Source of the DNA: a virus
Taxonomy: Duplodnaviria; Caudoviricetes
Virus record (IMG/VR): IMGVR_UViG_3300025530_000406
Location: 1 to 50,676 of that record
Length of the DNA stretch: 50,676 nucleotides
Direction: 5' to 3' (one strand)
Shown here: positions 19,201-28,811 of the stretch, in pieces
How the letters are laid out: every line of letters starts with the position of its first letter
Numbering within the stretch: position 1 is the stretch's first letter
The notes under the pieces: model-generated
What the model was told of the DNA's origin: nothing
Databases searched by the model: none
Seen by the model: the letters and a program-made list of their open reading frames with translations, nothing else
Made by a program: the position numbers and the translations under genes

Positions 19201-22200
19201 ATGGCCGGATTTGGACAAATGATCCTGACCAACAGGGGACGCGTGCTGCAGGCCAAAGCACAGACGGGTGTTCCTCTGCAGTTTACGGCAATCAAGATCG
19301 GTGACGGCCAGCTCGGCGGACAATATATCCCGACACTTAACGGGCTGATCAGTCCTAAAATGACGCTCGGGATCGGTAAGCTTCAACCGCGGCCCGACGG
19401 AAAAGCGATTGTTGGGACATATTTGTCGAATGCCGATTTGACGACGGGGTTTTATTTTCGGGAAATCGGCCTGTTTGCAAACGATCCAGACGTCGGCGAA
19501 ATATTGTACTGCTACGCAAACTCCGGAAGCGCGGCCGATTATATTCCGGCCGGTGGTGGACCCGATGTGGTCGAACGGTACATTGATTTGGTTGCAATCG
19601 TACAAGATGCGCCAAACGTGAGTGCGGTTATCGACAATTCGCTCGCATTTACGTCGTTCAACGAATTCGAAGAGCACAAAAACGCATCAATTCTGGATCA
19701 TCCGGACGGGTCGGTAACGACGGCAAAACTGGCCGCGAAGGCGGTCACACAGGCTAAGATCGCCGACAACGCGGTCGGCAGCGGACAAATCGCCGACAAT
19801 GCAGTGACTGACGCCAAGATCGGAACGAGAACGGTCAACGACACGGCGACGCCGAGTTTCACGGGCCAACTGACGACCCTCATTTCGGGCGTTTTTAATC
19901 TGATCAAGGGCATCACGGGTAAGAGCAGCGCTCTCACTCCCCCGGCCACTACGCTCGAAGACGCAAAGGCGCATATGGACGCAGCGGCTCCGCACAGCGG
20001 GCACGCCATCGTTGGGCGCAAAATCAATACATCCGGCGGGCTAACGGGCGGTGGCGACCTTTCTGCGGACCGTACGCTGTCCATCGCGGACGGCGGAGTT
20101 ACGGACGCTAAGATCGGAAACAGGACGATTACAGACACGACGGCGCCGGCCGGCGACAGCGGCTCGTTGACCAGCTTGTTCGGTTGGCTTGGCTACATGA
20201 TTAAAGCGATCACGGGCAAAAGCAGTTGGCGGACGGCCCCTGCTACTACGCTTGAAGCGGCGAAGGCACATATGGACGCGACAGCGGGGGTTCACGGCGC
20301 CACTTCGGCGGCCACGGCGGGCACAATCATACAGCGCGACGCCTCCGGCAGAGCAAAAGTAGCGGCTCCCTCCGCTGCTGACGACATCGCCCGCAAGGCG
20401 GAGGTGGACGCCGCAATCTCCACCGCTGCAGCCGACGCGACGACGAAGGCAAACGCCGTGCAGGCGAACTTGACGGCGCACGCCAACGCGACGACCGGCG
20501 TACATGGAGCAACGTCCGCCGCTACCGCAAATGCGCTCATTCAGCGCGACGCTTCCGGTCGTGCAAAGGTGGCAGCGCCGGCGGCAGCCGACGATATTGC
20601 CCGGAAAGACACGGTCGACAACGCGATTGCGGCGCTCAAAAACGAGACAAGCACTCTCACCGCCACCCTCCAGCACGGCCCCAACCTGATCCAAACGGAC
20701 CAAGCATCGCCGCTGGCCGCAACGGTGTATGGTCGGACGCTCGTAAATCTGCTCGGCAAGGACGGCGGGTGCGAGAGCTTGGCGCCGTTTACGATAAGCG
20801 GGACGGTCGACCTCTCTTCTACCCAGAAGAGAAGTGGAAGCAACTCCATGAGGGTAACTTCTGTCGCGAACAGTTCCTACGCCCGAAAAGACTACGACTT
20901 CACGCTCGATACCGCCAAGCAGTATATTCTCGGTGCGTGGGTGTTCATTGAGTCGTATACGAGCGGCACTCCTACGATCAGGCTGTTCGATAAGGGGACA
21001 AACGACAGCAGCGCCTTGCGGTATTCCGTCAACGCAAACACCTCGAAGGTAGGGGTCTGGCAGTTTGTGTATATCAAGATCCCGACGGCTAACACGCTAA
21101 TGGGGAGTGGCTTCAGGTTATTCGTTGGCAATTACTTCTCAGGTACAAGCGTAGTCTATTTCGACGAAATCCGCTTGTACGAACTGTCGGCTGCCGACTA
21201 CAACGCCATCGGCACGACGTATTCGACGCCCGAGCAAATCGACGCCTTTATCCCCTACGTCGACAGCGTCCAGCACCTTCAGGGATCGGCGATCCAGAAG
21301 GCGGGGAAGAACCTGCTGCCGCCGGGTACGGAAGCATACAGCATCAACGCGGCGTGGTCGATCAGCGAGCCGTACAAGGCTACCTTGGTAAGATCGGCTA
21401 CAGGGCAATACCTAACATTCCGCGTTCCTTGTCTGCCGAATCAGCAATATACGCTGTCTTATTCTGGAGCGAGCAGCGGCATTCTTCGAATTATTAATGC
21501 CTATAATTCCTCAGGGGCTATGACAAACCTTGCTTCTAATGCCGCCGTTGGGGTATCAACGGTGACGACTCCGGTGGATGCCGTTACACTCGAAGTGCAA
21601 TTTAGCGCTGCAACAAACGGTACTTACGAGCTTTCCAACTGGCAGCTCGAACTCGGCAGCACAGCAACAGCCTTTGAGCCGCGTAACGACGATTATGCCT
21701 ACATCCCGACCAAACTCGCATCCAGCATTGACGGCAGCGTGCGAGATAGCTTTGACACGCGGACCAGGCAAGTCACGAGGCGGTGGAAGACGGATGTTGT
21801 ACTGGATGGGTCGTTAAACTGGATACATGTGACTGGGTTTACGGGCTATAAACGCGTTGCAGCGGTGGCTTTTCCGCAAGGCGCCATTTCCGGTACCAAT
21901 GGTTTTGTTACCAAATACACGGGAGCTCCACTTGTAGGGTATGTGTCCTCATCCTCTTGGGCATCTGCGGACTTGTGGCTCCAAAATGCTGCAGATTTTA
22001 ATGTCACGATAGCATCTGCCGACTCCGGATGGGGTGATTCTTACACTCCTTCCGCCGCCGAAATCAAGGCATACTTTTTAGGCTGGCGTATGAACAACGG
22101 CACGTTCGGCCAGCCCTACAACGGATCAGGGACCAAGACCTGGGTGCCGCTCAACGCTACGGACAACTCCGGGGCTGTAACGACCGTCCCGACGACGCCG

Positions 22201-24057
22201 AGCAGCGCGATCACGAGCGGAGCCTATGACTACTACCGTCTGTCTTATCAGCTCTCCACGCCGGTTACGGAGCCGGTAGAGGGCTACGAGGGCTTGATCA
22301 GCTTGCATGCAGGCGGGAATGTCGTGGAGCTGCTGGAAGGCGTGATTACACGGGAGAAGGCATCTCCTGTGTTATTCGAAGGGGAATACTTCATCAATAA
22401 TATAAAAATTACCGGCACGAACTTAAAGAATCGCGTCGATCGGATATTGGCTGTTTACAAAGGGGCCGAACGAGACGCTAAGTGGAAAATCCAGACACAC
22501 GCAAACGGTTACGGCAACCAAATCGCGCGAATCTCCGCTGCTGACTACGACCCCACCGCCGAATACTTTGTCACTTACATTGCGCTGGACAAATACGCCT
22601 TGACGGCCAACGCCACGGAAGCAAAAGTGGAGTACCGGACCAACATCGGCGGCGTCGTGGGCGACTTGGTGCAGCGCATGGCCGACAACGAGACCAAAGA
22701 CAGCGTGCAGGATTGGGCGGACACGTATATCCAGGCGTTGGCCGAAAACAATGCGTTCGATATTGCCGCGATCAAGTCGCAATACCTCGGCTACGGCACG
22801 ACGGCAGGAACCGGCACGGCCTACACGCTGACGCTCAGCCCGGCTCCGTCTGCGCTTGTTGCAGGCATGCGGGTGACCGTCAAAATCCATACGGCCAACA
22901 CAGGAGCGGCGACGCTTAACGTTAACGGCCTCGGGGCCAAGTCGATCAAGAAGGCAAACGGGAACGATGTCGCTGCTGGAAATCTCAAATCTGGCGGCGT
23001 CTATACGCTCGTTTACGACGGCACAAATTTTATCTTACAGGGTGAAGGGGGGGAGTACGGCACAGCGACGGCGGCGGATGTATTGGCCGGGAAGACCATC
23101 GGAACGGAAAACGGGCTTGTCACAGGGACAATGCCTAACATGTCTGGAAGCACCCAATCCATGTCCACGCTGGATGACGGAACGGGTAACAAAATGAACT
23201 ATATCGATTCTGTTTCGGAAATTAGCCAAGAAGATCAGGCTATGGCTGTTACCTTTACCCCTCCACAGGGATATTACGACGGCTCTACAGCGAAAATAAA
23301 GCTTAGAGTGTGGGGGCCTAAACCCAATGTTATTGCGGCTGGACAAAAAATCGGATGGGTGAATAATGCCCCGTTAACGGGAACCTATACAAGCGACGCC
23401 AACGCCGCCGCAGGGGACATATTGTCCGGAAAGACGGCATACGTAAACGGGCAAAAGATCACAGGGAACATGCCTAATCTGACCGGCATCCGTAACGCAA
23501 CCGGCACGGCTAGATGGCCTAACGGGGACCTTGCAGTATACCCCGAAAGGGGCTATCAAAAAGGCGGGGCCGGGGATGGGGAAATCCGAGTCACGACAGC
23601 CCAACTACAGGCGGCAGATGGCAGCCTAGCGCCTCAAAACATCGTCTCGGGAGCAACCATATTTGGCGTTGTCGGCACGGCCATCGTGGGCAGACGGTCG
23701 GCGAGCGGGATCGCTTCAGTAGAAACGCTTCCTAGTGATGGGAATTATTTTATTACTTCATATGGCGGTTATTCATCGGTAAGAAACTACATTTTCGTTA
23801 CCGGTATATCGTTTACCCCATCTATTATAGTTGCTTTTTACAATACCGCAGGTAACTGGACTAGCGGCACACTTTATTACAAAGATGGGTTTTTTCAAGA
23901 TAACCCTTGGTTATGTAATATTCTTATGTTCGGGCAATATCTCGATCCCTTTACGACACAAAATGGGGCCGCATATGTACTTGGTGGGTTTGGTTTTATG
24001 TTGCCCATTTATCCCAAATATCAAAATTTACAAGTGAAATGGATTGCCATTGAATAA
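19201..24057 (+). CDS. Long tail fibre / receptor-binding protein
   Basis: P2 gpH-like N-terminus (LTNRG, REIGLFA), internal repeats, carbohydrate-binding-like beta modules, AT-rich C-terminal tip. Confidence 0.9.
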   Translation: MAGFGQMILTNRGRVLQAKAQTGVPLQFTAIKIGDGQLGGQYIPTLNGLISPKMTLGIGKLQPRPDGKAIVGTYLSNADLTTGFYFREIGLFANDPDVGEILYCYANSGSAADYIPAGGGPDVVERYIDLVAIVQDAPNVSAVIDNSLAFTSFNEFEEHKNASILDHPDGSVTTAKLAAKAVTQAKIADNAVGSGQIADNAVTDAKIGTRTVNDTATPSFTGQLTTLISGVFNLIKGITGKSSALTPPATTLEDAKAHMDAAAPHSGHAIVGRKINTSGGLTGGGDLSADRTLSIADGGVTDAKIGNRTITDTTAPAGDSGSLTSLFGWLGYMIKAITGKSSWRTAPATTLEAAKAHMDATAGVHGATSAATAGTIIQRDASGRAKVAAPSAADDIARKAEVDAAISTAAADATTKANAVQANLTAHANATTGVHGATSAATANALIQRDASGRAKVAAPAAADDIARKDTVDNAIAALKNETSTLTATLQHGPNLIQTDQASPLAATVYGRTLVNLLGKDGGCESLAPFTISGTVDLSSTQKRSGSNSMRVTSVANSSYARKDYDFTLDTAKQYILGAWVFIESYTSGTPTIRLFDKGTNDSSALRYSVNANTSKVGVWQFVYIKIPTANTLMGSGFRLFVGNYFSGTSVVYFDEIRLYELSAADYNAIGTTYSTPEQIDAFIPYVDSVQHLQGSAIQKAGKNLLPPGTEAYSINAAWSISEPYKATLVRSATGQYLTFRVPCLPNQQYTLSYSGASSGILRIINAYNSSGAMTNLASNAAVGVSTVTTPVDAVTLEVQFSAATNGTYELSNWQLELGSTATAFEPRNDDYAYIPTKLASSIDGSVRDSFDTRTRQVTRRWKTDVVLDGSLNWIHVTGFTGYKRVAAVAFPQGAISGTNGFVTKYTGAPLVGYVSSSSWASADLWLQNAADFNVTIASADSGWGDSYTPSAAEIKAYFLGWRMNNGTFGQPYNGSGTKTWVPLNATDNSGAVTTVPTTPSSAITSGAYDYYRLSYQLSTPVTEPVEGYEGLISLHAGGNVVELLEGVITREKASPVLFEGEYFINNIKITGTNLKNRVDRILAVYKGAERDAKWKIQTHANGYGNQIARISAADYDPTAEYFVTYIALDKYALTANATEAKVEYRTNIGGVVGDLVQRMADNETKDSVQDWADTYIQALAENNAFDIAAIKSQYLGYGTTAGTGTAYTLTLSPAPSALVAGMRVTVKIHTANTGAATLNVNGLGAKSIKKANGNDVAAGNLKSGGVYTLVYDGTNFILQGEGGEYGTATAADVLAGKTIGTENGLVTGTMPNMSGSTQSMSTLDDGTGNKMNYIDSVSEISQEDQAMAVTFTPPQGYYDGSTAKIKLRVWGPKPNVIAAGQKIGWVNNAPLTGTYTSDANAAAGDILSGKTAYVNGQKITGNMPNLTGIRNATGTARWPNGDLAVYPERGYQKGGAGDGEIRVTTAQLQAADGSLAPQNIVSGATIFGVVGTAIVGRRSASGIASVETLPSDGNYFITSYGGYSSVRNYIFVTGISFTPSIIVAFYNTAGNWTSGTLYYKDGFFQDNPWLCNILMFGQYLDPFTTQNGAAYVLGGFGFMLPIYPKYQNLQVKWIAIE

Positions 24058-24069
24058 AGGAGGATTAAT

Positions 24070-24483
24070 ATGCAAATCGGACGCAGAATCTATTACGACC
24101 TCGCCACCGGAAACATCATCCTGGACACTGGCGAGCGTTCCGGCGACGTAGTCGAAACGACGGTCGAACAGGATTTCGCCGCTTACAAGTCGCTCGCCGA
24201 GCGAGTCCCTGAAACCGTCGGCATGCTGCAACTGGAATACGGCCAGTACGCGCAAGATTTTGCTACCTGTTCCGGTTACCGGGTGGACGTGAGCGGAGAT
24301 GAGCCGAAGTTGGTATTCTCCTACCCGGACCCCAACGATCCGGAAGTCGAGCCGGTTTATCAGAAACCTCTGTCGGAACAAGTGTCCCAACTCGAATCCG
24401 ACAAACTCACCCTTATGGAATCGATGGCCGAGCTGTACGAAATGGTCCTGGCTTTACAAACTCCGGGAGCCGAGCAAGCATGA
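24070..24483 (+). CDS. Putative tail fibre-associated/chaperone protein
   Basis: IGRRIYYD...GN motif; strong RBS; directly after the fibre gene. Confidence 0.6.
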   Translation: MQIGRRIYYDLATGNIILDTGERSGDVVETTVEQDFAAYKSLAERVPETVGMLQLEYGQYAQDFATCSGYRVDVSGDEPKLVFSYPDPNDPEVEPVYQKPLSEQVSQLESDKLTLMESMAELYEMVLALQTPGAEQA

Positions 24484-24533
24484 TAAATCTGCTGCTCTGG
24501 CTCTTTTTACTTTGCACGAGAGGGGGTGATCGC

Positions 24534-24680
24534 ATGGCAATCGCTGTCGTTTACGCTACGTTGATCGTGGCCGGACGCCGCACGTTCGACCAGGTTCCCG
24601 AAGTGATTCGTCCGGCGGTGAAAGACGCGCTGGAAGCGCTCGGCCTCGGCACGGACGGCCAGCCGCTGAAAACGGCATAA
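24534..24680 (+). CDS. Small CD1375/XkdX-like protein
   Basis: VYATLIVAGRRTFDQVP...V motif; RBS GGGGGTG. Confidence 0.7.
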   Translation: MAIAVVYATLIVAGRRTFDQVPEVIRPAVKDALEALGLGTDGQPLKTA

Positions 24681-24690
24681 TGACACAACA

Positions 24691-24720
24691 GGCTCCGCAT
24701 AACGCGGGGCCTATTTTATT
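24691..24720 (+). terminator. Intrinsic terminator after the tail module
   Basis: GGCTCCGC-ATAAC-GCGGGGCC then ATTTTATT. Confidence 0.55.
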
Positions 24721-24730
24721 GGGGGGTGCG

Positions 24731-25027
24731 ATGGTGGATAAATCTAATCTGCCAATTCTGATTTCGGCCGCCGCGGCGATCAGCGGCATCATTTTGGGCT
24801 GGCTTGGCCGTTCCCGGACCGTCCGGCAGGATGTCGTTACCGAGGCCAGCAAGGACGCGCTTTTAAGGTCCGATATGGACTATATTAAGCGCGGCATCGA
24901 GGACATAAAAGTTGAGCAGCGCGTACAGGGGCAGCGCTTTGACGCCTTGGCCGAACGCGTGACGCGGGTGGAAGAGTCAGCGAAGCAGGCTCATAAACGA
25001 ATCGATCGATTGGAGGCGACGGAGTAA
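24731..25027 (+). CDS. Lysis membrane protein (XhlA/holin-like)
   Basis: One TM segment plus coiled coil ending RVEESAKQAHKRIDRLE. Confidence 0.7.
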   Translation: MVDKSNLPILISAAAAISGIILGWLGRSRTVRQDVVTEASKDALLRSDMDYIKRGIEDIKVEQRVQGQRFDALAERVTRVEESAKQAHKRIDRLEATE

Positions 25028-25351
25028 ATGGAATCCGGACAACTCTTCACGTGGCAAGCTCTCTCCGCGATGGGGGGAGCTTCTTTGTTGACGTACCTGA
25101 TCGTGCAGTATACCAAGGGGCTTGTTGACTGCTTTGCAAAATGGCTGCCGACGGACCTGTACGCGGTCGTGATCGCGACGGCCATTCTGACGGCTGCGCA
25201 ACTCGCCATTGGCGCCGACGCGGGCGACTGGCGGGTGTATGCGCTGGCGTTGGCTAACGGCTTCTTGGTCGCGGCGGCGGCCGGCCAGATGCAGAACAAG
25301 GCGCTGAACCCGCCGGGGTCGGCGGGGAAAGGGGATGAGAACCATGGCTAA
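25028..25351 (+). CDS. Holin
   Basis: Three hydrophobic segments; directly before the endolysin. Confidence 0.75.
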   Translation: MESGQLFTWQALSAMGGASLLTYLIVQYTKGLVDCFAKWLPTDLYAVVIATAILTAAQLAIGADAGDWRVYALALANGFLVAAAAGQMQNKALNPPGSAGKGDENHG

Positions 25352-26240
25352 AGGCATCGATTGCGCGATTCCGCTGACCGCCAGTACGGCCAAAGCGATT
25401 GCCGCATCCGGCTACGCCTTCGCGGCGCGATACCTGGTGCCGGAACGGTATGCCTGGAAGCGGCTGACGAGGGGCGAGGCGGAGGCCATCACGGCCGCCG
25501 GGATGCAGATTGTCAGCGTGTTCGAGACGACCGCCAATCGGCCGGCGGGGGGCGGAGCTGCGGGGATCGTAGACGGCGCCGAAGCCCTCAAAGAGGCTAT
25601 CGCTATCGGACAACCTCTTGGCACGGCCATCTATTTTGCCGTGGACTACGACGCGCAGCCCAAGGACTACGACGCGATTGAGGCATACCTGCGCGCCGCG
25701 TCGTCCGCGATCCCCGGCTATCGGGTCGGCGTTTACGGCTCGTATGCCGTCATTGAGGAAATGGCCCGGCGCGGCGCCGCCAAGCATTTCTGGCAGACCT
25801 ACGCCTGGAGCCGGGGCAGGAAGTCGTCGCGCGCAAACATCTGGCAGCATCAAAACGGCGTCAGCTTGGCCGACGCGACGGTCGACTTGAACGAATCATA
25901 CGGCGGCGAAGGCTGGTGGAACACGAACCCGGCACCGGCGGCCGCACCGCAGACCAACGAAAAGGATACCATCAAGGTCGTCGTCAACGACAAGCTGGCC
26001 GGCTATGGTCGAGCGATTGACGGCCACGTCTATTTACCGTTGCGGCAGCTCGGGGAGGCGCTCGGCAAGGTGGTTCACTGGGACAATGAGTCCAAGCTGC
26101 CATACGTGGACGGCAAGGTCGTGGACGTGTTCGAGATCATCGATGGCACAACGTACGTCGGCGTACGGGCGGCTGCTGAGTTGCTGGGAGCGCGAGTGAG
26201 CTGGAACGGAGAGGTCAAAAAGGTGTTTATTTATCGCTAA
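25344..26240 (+). CDS. Endolysin (GH25-like, DUF1906 type) with C-terminal binding repeats
   Basis: KGIDC, ARYL, IYFAVDYD, GVYGS, WQTYAWS motifs; two repeats of (Y)LPLRQLGEALG..V.W. Confidence 0.85.
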   Translation: MAKGIDCAIPLTASTAKAIAASGYAFAARYLVPERYAWKRLTRGEAEAITAAGMQIVSVFETTANRPAGGGAAGIVDGAEALKEAIAIGQPLGTAIYFAVDYDAQPKDYDAIEAYLRAASSAIPGYRVGVYGSYAVIEEMARRGAAKHFWQTYAWSRGRKSSRANIWQHQNGVSLADATVDLNESYGGEGWWNTNPAPAAAPQTNEKDTIKVVVNDKLAGYGRAIDGHVYLPLRQLGEALGKVVHWDNESKLPYVDGKVVDVFEIIDGTTYVGVRAAAELLGARVSWNGEVKKVFIYR

Positions 26241-26245
26241 TGATC

Positions 26246-26276
26246 GGCCCGGGGGCTTCGGCTCTCGGGCTTTTTG
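26246..26276 (+). terminator. Intrinsic terminator at the end of the late operon
   Basis: GCCCGGGGGC-TTCG-GCTCTCGGGC then TTTTT. Confidence 0.85.
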
Positions 26277-26360
26277 CCATGCAACTTCACTAATTTATTG
26301 TCAAATCAGAAATAAGGAGAATAAGCTGCGATTAATGGTTTAAATTATTTGCAAAATTAG

Positions 26361-26411
26361 GAACATGTGTTCTCAGTTTGATATTGACTACTGGTAAAAT
26401 TGCGTTATTAT
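26361..26411 (+). promoter_or_regulatory. LexA/DinR SOS box plus sigma-A promoter of the TA pair
   Basis: GAACATGTGTTC at 26361-26372; TTGACT 26384-26389 and TATTAT 26406-26411. Confidence 0.6.
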
Positions 26412-26432
26412 TGGTGAAAGGAGGGAAGTGTT

Positions 26433-27089
26433 ATGTACCGAAGTGCCCAACCATTCGCCTATTGGTTTATAAAAAACAATTACGATACACCCAGAAATAC
26501 ATTCGACGGAAATATGAAATTGCAAAAGTTGCTATATTTCTCCCAATTAGTTCATCTCGCAAAATATGATGAGCCATTATTTGATGATACAATTTATGCG
26601 TTTAAACACGGGTCTGTAATTGAAACTGTTAGACAACCTTACAATTACGATTTCCAAAATTATGTAATCAGAGCGCTTTCTCAAAAAATTGACCTTACAA
26701 GCGAGCAACTTGACACTCTCCAAACTGTCGAGGAAATTTTTGGACAATTGTCTGCGTCAGAGCTATCTGATATCAATCATGAACATGTTTCGTGGCGTGA
26801 ATCATATGATAGATCGCTTAGTGGTGGATATTCGTGGAAAGAAAATGCTTATATCACGATAGATCAGTTGCGGAAAAATGAAGTTGACAGTGTTCTTGAA
26901 ATCATTAAAGCGTATGAAGCAGGAAGCGAATTTTCGGAATTCCTTGAAGTTAACGGACGCAAATTTTACTACAATCCAAACCAAGTAACAATTACCTATG
27001 ATTTAATTTCACTGCTTGAATCTTTTGACGGGCCAGATTCAGCATATACAATATATAAGGACGAAAGATCAGGAGTTTTGATTTATTAA
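26433..27089 (+). CDS. Panacea-domain antitoxin (DUF4065/SocA-like)
   Basis: MKLQKLLYF, AFKHGSV (cf. AWxxGPV), LSASELSDINH...W; AT-rich region. Confidence 0.85.
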   Translation: MYRSAQPFAYWFIKNNYDTPRNTFDGNMKLQKLLYFSQLVHLAKYDEPLFDDTIYAFKHGSVIETVRQPYNYDFQNYVIRALSQKIDLTSEQLDTLQTVEEIFGQLSASELSDINHEHVSWRESYDRSLSGGYSWKENAYITIDQLRKNEVDSVLEIIKAYEAGSEFSEFLEVNGRKFYYNPNQVTITYDLISLLESFDGPDSAYTIYKDERSGVLIY

Positions 27090-27517
27090 TGGAAATTATT
27101 CCTGGTCACGGTTTGTGGTTTAAAGGACGCTTTGCCAATGGGACTGTTTGTAATTATGAGCGCCCGTTCTTAGTAATTGAAACAACAGCCACCTTTATCA
27201 AAGCGTTAAATGTTTCATCGACTAAAGGGAAAGAGGCGAAGTTAGCTCGGCCATCGAATAAGCGTCTACGAATACACTTCCCTCCTTTCCCTGCACCGTC
27301 TTTTGTTAAGTTGGATGAATTATACATAATTGATATGTTCCCCGAACTTAATCACGCTATAAGGGACAGAAGAACATTAGATCCATCAGTTTTACGTGAA
27401 ATTATTCAATTTCAGATTGATTATGCACAAAAAAGGATAGTATCTGAAGTTAGGCTCGATATCACGGAATTACAACAATTGAATCCAAGCTTATTTAGAA
27501 CGAAAATCAAACCGTAA
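27089..27517 (+). CDS. Putative toxin, PemK/MazF-like fold
   Basis: ERPFLVI, VSS and SFVKLD pattern; translationally coupled to the antitoxin. Confidence 0.55.
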   Translation: MEIIPGHGLWFKGRFANGTVCNYERPFLVIETTATFIKALNVSSTKGKEAKLARPSNKRLRIHFPPFPAPSFVKLDELYIIDMFPELNHAIRDRRTLDPSVLREIIQFQIDYAQKRIVSEVRLDITELQQLNPSLFRTKIKP

Positions 27518-27524
27518 TAATAAA

Positions 27525-27555
27525 TGCAGTGTGAGTAATCTCACTGCTTTTTTTA
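27525..27555. terminator. Bidirectional terminator between the TA pair and the ligase
   Basis: GCAGTG(TG)AG-TAAT-CTCACTGC flanked by A- and T-runs. Confidence 0.65.
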
Positions 27556-27556
27556 T

Positions 27557-28408
27557 TTACACCACAAACCGCACAAACTCCGGTGCCCGCAACATCCCGG
27601 CCCGGGTCCAATTCCGGAACCGCACAACCGCCTCAATGCTCGGCTGCACATAAACGAAGTCCCGATCCTCACCGGTTATGATCGTCTTTGCAACGCCGTA
27701 AAACGCCTGCCTGTGTGCAGCCGGCACCGCAAGTTCAATGATTCCCACAGCGCGGCCGTTGTGTTGAGCCAGCCAGCCGAATTGATTTTTTCTGTACCCT
27801 GCGATCTGGACGGTGACGTATTTGTAATTGATGATCTTCAGCCAGTTAGGATCGCGTCGGCTGACATACGGACTGTCCTTCCGCTTTGCAACGATCCCCT
27901 CAAGTTCCTTGCCCAGGATCGCCTCAAATAGCGCTGTTCCCGCGCCGTCTACAGCCAGCGTACGGCTGTAGTACCGATTATCCTCCAAAACCTCGTTCAG
28001 CAGCGCCTTACGCTCCGTGAGCGGCCACGAGCGGACGTTCTCACCCTTGTACCGCATGATGTCGAATACAAAATAATGGACTGGCCGCTTTATCGATGCC
28101 TCCCGAATGGACAAGGGCTTTTTCAGCCGAAAACGCTCCATGATGCCCTCAAACTCGATTGCGCCCGTCTCGGGATCCATATAGGCCACCTCGCCGTCCA
28201 GAACAACGTCAGAGCCGTCCTCGATCGGCACGTTATGCAACTCCGGGTACTGGCGCGTGACCTCGTTACCGTGACGCGTGTAGAGCCGAACGACGCCGTT
28301 CTGCATGGACAGAATAAGACGATGGCCGTCGATTTTCGGTTCGAATATGTAACGGTCATCATCGAAAGGCTTTTCGCGTTTTTCAGCCAGCATTGGAGCA
28401 ATAAACAT
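27557..28408 (-). CDS. ATP-dependent DNA ligase (minimal LigD/LigB-like)
   Basis: EPKIDGHR adenylation motif; LDGEV, FDI, EGIVAK, WLKI, LRAPEF. Confidence 0.92.
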   Translation of the reverse strand: MFIAPMLAEKREKPFDDDRYIFEPKIDGHRLILSMQNGVVRLYTRHGNEVTRQYPELHNVPIEDGSDVVLDGEVAYMDPETGAIEFEGIMERFRLKKPLSIREASIKRPVHYFVFDIMRYKGENVRSWPLTERKALLNEVLEDNRYYSRTLAVDGAGTALFEAILGKELEGIVAKRKDSPYVSRRDPNWLKIINYKYVTVQIAGYRKNQFGWLAQHNGRAVGIIELAVPAAHRQAFYGVAKTIITGEDRDFVYVQPSIEAVVRFRNWTRAGMLRAPEFVRFVV

Positions 28409-28491
28409 GGGGAGTGTACACCGTCCGTATATCTAAAATTGATATACCGATTTTAGCATTCTGACCGCTTGTATTGTGACGGTAAATGTTT

Positions 28492-28521
28492 GCATAAGAG
28501 GGAAAGGGAGGTCGCATAATA
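28492..28521 (+). promoter_or_regulatory. SigG-type forespore promoter
   Basis: GCATA-18 nt-CATAATA upstream of the SASP gene. Confidence 0.7.
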
Positions 28522-28548
28522 AGGGGAGAAAATCTTGGAGGTGAGCCC

Positions 28549-28755
28549 ATGGCAGACAATCGCCAACTCGTCGTGCAACAAGCTCGGGCTGCATTGGAAA
28601 AAATGAAATTCGAAGTAGCTCAAGAACTCGGCATTACACTTCCGCAAGACGGGTACTACGGCAATATGACCACTCGCGACACCGGACGCATCGGGGGTAA
28701 TATCACTCGCCGGCTTGTGCAAATGGCCGAGCAACAGCTGGCTGGTCGGTTTTGA
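28549..28755 (+). CDS. Alpha/beta-type small acid-soluble spore protein
   Basis: ALEKMKFEVAQELG...TRDTGRIGGNITRRLVQMAEQQL. Confidence 0.93.
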   Translation: MADNRQLVVQQARAALEKMKFEVAQELGITLPQDGYYGNMTTRDTGRIGGNITRRLVQMAEQQLAGRF

Positions 28756-28774
28756 TCGATCTGCTTGGAATCCG

Positions 28775-28803
28775 TTGACAATTTGTTTTGCAGGATATAT
28801 ATT
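28775..28803 (+). promoter_or_regulatory. Sigma-A promoter driving the solitary CRISPR repeat
   Basis: TTGACA-17 nt-TATATT; predicted start near 28810; no ORF downstream. Confidence 0.75.
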
Positions 28804-28811
28804 TAAGGTAT

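Noticed and set aside
23700-24057. Diversity-generating retroelement or invertible tail-fibre tip
   Set aside because: No reverse transcriptase, no template/variable repeat pair, no invertase and no alternative inverted tips seen.
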